Assembly (NCBI GenBank): GCA_042584585.1
Contig: JBHOSQ010000017.1
Coordinates: 1 to 16,061 of the forward strand
Reading direction: 5' to 3'
Source: an archaeon
Lineage (GTDB): Archaea; B1Sed10-29; WALL01
Length of the DNA stretch: 16,061 bases
In this document: positions 15,901 to 16,061 of the stretch, one piece after another
Layout: every line of letters starts with the position of its first letter
How positions within the stretch are numbered: the stretch's first letter is position 1
Notes under the pieces: model-generated
Seen by the model: the letters and a program-made list of their open reading frames with translations, nothing else
Told to the model about the DNA's origin: nothing
Database searches by the model: none
Position numbers and translations under genes: made by a program

Positions 15901-16061
15901 GAAAAGCTCTTCAAGCGCCTTGTTGGATTCCTCAATATTGCCGCTCGCGGCCTTCGCCGTTATGTCCGGAATACGCGAAAGCATTTCTTTTTCGATTGGG
16001 TCAGTGGCTTCAACCCAGGCGTTCTCAAACTCAGCATCAGACGCGTACTCGCTTCCTTTGG
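9958..16061 (-). CDS. Giant acidic, helical hypothetical protein, C-terminal >=2033 aa (5' end outside window)
   Basis: Frame stays open beyond the Met at 15984 to the window edge (KGSEYASDAEFENAWVEATDPIEKE-M). Very Glu-rich, no obvious TM helix in the visible part, with a CxxC-x19-CxxC motif, internal repeats and a Lys-rich C-terminus. Confidence 0.9.
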   Translation of the reverse strand, partial: KGSEYASDAEFENAWVEATDPIEKEMLSRIPDITAKAASGNIEESNKALEELFSIVATENKWSLDNSQALTSMEKSVQDKLESVKYVVRPFSEILESFDSQAKKNEGFRVFLDVVDAAELFNRPDLKQKAEVDLEEFTGAFDALVDKVLSADKLSLEELEMAPAVGLLFTYAGDLKEPTVDEDKKKKEVLEQYPKVKDLFEKVRGINSMQLDRNEPLTVMGNWVWHFKNPEVYETDILETFDENKALKFLSGAKRLENPIEFADKFEKYVVDVQAIATREGETIPEEYVRRAQETIQKIRDNAGTPEKKDEDVGEVLPSEDSDFWEEPPVFPKPDVLIKEPVSLPSEDALVDEPFTEEKAREWVDETVANGELAPEDAELLLEEFSENGEIAFKDLYSARRTIKMDLDENKLRPKDVGMLMKEFEEKGARAFQDLHVNTTILLEMASDGELNPEDVDPLIEVLQTQGMDAFGRELRAKTELLETEKRLASVEPPAAEAGEPALSEENQTAIDHGISTALAKELHEETPILVNSALMRKQLKEEINDSRQLEFVRTECVNCGEYLEEAAAGTEIVEKEEECEVCGSHELKVVAKKRSSLKTLIEDALKKHEEGGKTETPVADPLRASVLAKDIDLAEVDDEWVAERGLALAGGRDPKKQKEALVDILALEQKRSHADLMLDTDRTRAALAPQVLEQLESDQAEFNSLSTFTHNTIDKITGVYHTARALVEYPTLESFYEGVEHPEDMQEEYLKSLQDNRRAIIHTGKLTGIPNVEELLDARISELEGMVGDEAVVHDEPGSVEWRTKKIQNAIAADEKERIAELKEIADHYEGKTDFADAQEKKEVKAVKGIAKVLPWFSMTPEKLGTVPVERLASVIEQITRNQEGLVRAAEVLGIPGAEELMSTGIKNLEEMHKQKQYRNYLERVVDTDVKVLKLERESTLSLITQFPENPEYPNSLKIIDEVFEAHGIPLPEEEVPEPERVERERPAEMDVLPTEAEELEQFLAAKEAELEEATDLRERKMIEGEKFEIQKALLKEYNKRDEQHKAEMDEEKAEGGGVLEVIDEMGADIDRSVDRVTKRKGTKKSIIMDGLKRDKSKLPTEPSPESIDAAKTALEFSSTHPDELDKVPSESDFEDTLEGRGKYTTAIIDYGKNLQSQYGLTRLEADMVLRLANRKLAGEEPGLEAEAEEAPSPASRGAILEVQPEAAFMIEHPDVVKKIIDGDIEAKDLQAEPYTLDPALSHSLVARVGYFDIDLRKGFFGISAEEFDNQSKELTKVGVSDEYIAVANTEKARFDELGEDYKPSEEFVRLNMEMTNRLLEEGGAAEQPAGEPETKTEETQPPAAIRVEETATTPVEEGEGEWGDREEDLELGDEGDISSEITSDEEEKKLNEYTDELLAIDTEKLGDIEDINELKGYVAKLDEVIGQNVMSFPFVRKDESIDLEDEDYHARLEEQFHSLEGIRDTVKQEIEEREARPGGLRATKFDEPDYPTMNLEQVKLAYEEEMAKPREEIDKDKLEKLIIRLGEINFTRDDIFDLGNTDFVEGLSDDEYDLQYARLVAKGAPAAEEGSLLNDAFKTVSAYLGEKDYHKAEEYTYGLFERAGTDPAVMQKLKERGGMTLQQYTSERHSEPGVSDMHVRPRQIKDEQEMIKQFLARQERMKQREQEEEVYDPEVVERVSPPLEEIMDGAHEQIPPGLEGVTLEKVEELLRYKGMTAQEYAGWRVDDLMAKQKYTREAAEQQAELEATRLPTLTQGLMMQKKAELEAEMEIEEATVVQEETGEKASTGAGGDERITTSKAINKLNRAEPNEDPSLEGLVFERVRDGNVQSHQRDAAVLALALKGWNLTDMTPDTTQRTFDLSELAESHFPELMNAAEDAEGKSGFIQNFKEMLYEGILTGRDRRRADEFVRLYDKEESAEEEPLQARVLEVIEGEPKKKPETPTKGKGLDALIGGGGKKTRGKKKPKPLFGNIDPKKLEEQKRQLAQEMQQQKGETPRKKKVAKPTKKKAAKPIKKKVAKSRTVKKKKAKK
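9961..10059 (-). repeat. Lys/Ala-rich 8-aa repeats at the C-terminus of the giant ORF
   Basis: KKKVAKPT-KKKAAKPI-KKKVAKSR-TVKKKKAKK. Confidence 0.85.
14638..14988 (-). repeat. Three tandem 39-aa protein repeats in the giant ORF
   Basis: EKAREWVDETVANGELAPEDAELLLEEFSENGEIAFKDL / YSARRTIKMDLDENKLRPKDVGMLMKEFEEKGARAFQDL / HVNTTILLEMASDGELNPEDVDPLIEVLQTQGMDAFGRE. Invariant LxPxD, L24, G32 and AF. Confidence 0.85.

Noticed and set aside
1-16061. CRISPR array, transposase/integrase, tRNA or rRNA genes
   Set aside because: No regularly spaced repeats, recombinase motifs or recognisable tRNA/rRNA sequence seen; nearly all sequence is accounted for by the listed genes.

Overview
Compact archaeal chromosomal window. 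The archaeal-type AlaRS/LeuRS, archaeal RNase P RNA and TATA boxes 21-29 nt before apparently leaderless starts support this; a DPANN-like lineage is only an inference. In order: a 5'-truncated CotH-kinase gene, a DUF4956 membrane protein and a convergent VTC (polyphosphate polymerase)-domain gene; a structured ~85-nt element with a perfect 26-bp palindrome; an RNase P RNA with type-M-like reduction; a DnaQ/RNase H-like exonuclease; a CPA2 cation:proton antiporter; alaS; leuS; and the 3' part of a giant (>2,030 aa) acidic protein with internal repeats, a zinc ribbon and a Lys-rich tail. The top finding is missing from the ORF track: a 45-aa ORF (7052-7189) overlapping the alaS stop codon. It is an acidic stand-alone copy of the AlaRS helix-loop-helix dimerisation segment, while alaS's own copy is strongly basic, suggesting a heterodimeric AlaRS plus mini-subunit system.
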